Assembly: GCA_016748015.1 (NCBI GenBank)
Contig: JAAOMT010000301.1
Coordinates: 124,001 to 188,000 of the forward strand
Source of the DNA: Geosiphon pyriformis uo1
Lineage: Eukaryota; Fungi; Glomeromycota
Length of the DNA stretch: 64,000 nucleotides
Direction: 5' to 3'
Made by a program: the position numbers and the translations under genes. Within the stretch, counting starts at the first letter, position 1. Each line of letters starts with the position of its first letter. The notes under the pieces are model-generated. The model saw nothing but the letters and a program-made list of their open reading frames with translations. It did not search any database and was not told where the DNA came from. Below, piece by piece: positions 62,601 to 64,000 of this stretch.

Positions 62601-64000
62601 AGATCAGGAATCAGAAGCTGTTTGCTTTTTTAAGATGTGGTCCACTTTTGATAACAAGGGAGCCTCCAAAGCATGCACAATGTTTGATAATAATAAAGGC
62701 AGAGAAAGCATTCTTCAACACCTATCAAGAGTCAAAAAATTGTACAGAAAGTCCAAATACTATGAGTCTAGAGTAGTCAGAGACATTTTAATTAGAAAGA
62801 CAATAAACAAGTACATGAAAACTTTCAGCTCTAATAAAAAACATATGATCAAAAGTGTTTTGGAATGGCCATTTAAGAAGGTAGTACTGGATCATTTGAT
62901 TGTGAATGATAAGTTAATTTTGAAACCCAAGAAAGTTTTATTTGCTGTTGATGGTATCATGGAAGGATAGACAAGAAAACAGGTTGCTTCCATCTCTATG
63001 CCTGTTTGTTGGTCTAATCAATATGCTTCTTTGGACTATGTCAGTGATAATACATTCTCAAATGTCATGAGTGTGATTGGATTAGATGAGTTTCTTATGG
63101 TGGTCAAAAAACTGCCTGATGGGAAAGCTGTTAGCATTTTAGGTATTCCTAATGAGCTTTGGAAGCATGGAGATGCACAGATTCTAAGTGGTTTGTTAGA
63201 CATTCTTAATATGTGTTTGAAGTTGGGTGTGGTCCCTCTATAGTAGAGACAAGCCTAGATTTCTATGATACCAAAGCCATATGACTGGGAGGAGACACTT
63301 ACCAATACCAAACCTATAGCTTTAGTTGAGATGGCCAGGAAGATACTGTTTAAGGTTTTTTCTGACAGAATATTTCTGACATACAGTAAATTTAATGTTC
63401 TTCATGAAGATAATTTCTCAGTTTTGAAGGGTACATCTGCTCAAACTCTGATTTTTACTATTGGCTCTGTCATTGAAGATGTACTTGAGAAAAGCAGGGA
63501 GCTATGACTAGTATTTTAAGATATGTAAAAAGCTTATGACTCAGTTGGATGGCCCTATTTGTGGAATAGTTTAGTTAGAATCAAGATGTGCACTTATTTT
63601 ATTGAATTTTTTGGAAACATATACAATGATTGGACCAACTGGGTAATAATGGACTTTGGATTTACTGATAGATATACTGTTTATGATGGGTTAGATTAAG
63701 GAGAAGTTTTCTTACCATTATTGTGGAAAATCTTTTATGATCCTCTGCTTTGTAAGGTCAAAAAACATGAACAATTGTGTAGATATAGATTGGATTCAAA
63801 ATTTTTCACTAGAACTGGTAGAGCTGACCCTAAAGATGGCAAGACTTCCTTTTTTGCAGCTGGTGTCTTTGTAAATAATACTATTTGGGTTGGTAACTGC
63901 CTGGCAGTTACACAACATATTTTGGACATTGTGAGTAAATTCTTCTTGATCAATGACATTGCTATTAACACTGATAAAATGGTTGCCATTTCTATTAATC
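59630..64000 (+). mobile_element. L1-like LINE, copy 3 (ORF1 ~59686-61567; ORF2 from 61564, truncated by window end)
   Basis: 5' CTTCTTTCTTTCG motif; ORF1 related to copy 2; ATGA overlap; GGDFNE, IIDY, KAYDSVGW; many stops. Confidence 0.93.

Overview
Eukaryotic, intron-rich fungal DNA; gene content and style suggest an early-diverging, probably Glomeromycotina-type fungus (inference). About three quarters of the window is nested retrotransposon and DNA-transposon debris, surrounding one compact host-gene island at ~42.0-55.7 kb. The island holds a 10-exon PD-(D/E)xK/REase-fold gene, CFAP20, a class I PITP, glucuronokinase, MRE11 and NNF1. The TE part can be resolved. An AT-eroded Gypsy (~1.5-23.5 kb) carries four insertions with recognisable target duplications: two full-length L1-like LINEs (APE-RT-RNase H), a solo LTR and a 3.2-kb hAT. 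An eroded LINE (23.5-29.4 kb) carries an ORF1-only element. Two Gypsy 3' halves (30.1-35.8 kb) each have an extra ORF between pol and the LTR. A second ORF1-only element lies at 38.8-41.1 kb, and a third LINE runs off the right end. Best candidates for new biology: (1) HAL1-like ORF1-only retroelements with TSDs and poly(A) that share a hairpin-rich 3' UTR with the autonomous LINEs; (2) a conserved third ORF of unknown function in Gypsy elements; (3) a repeat-spacer array plus G-quadruplex motif in a GC-AG intron of the nuclease-fold gene; (4) RIP-like C>T/G>A erosion confined to repeats and graded with nesting age. All translations and alignments were done by eye, so boundaries in eroded regions are approximate.
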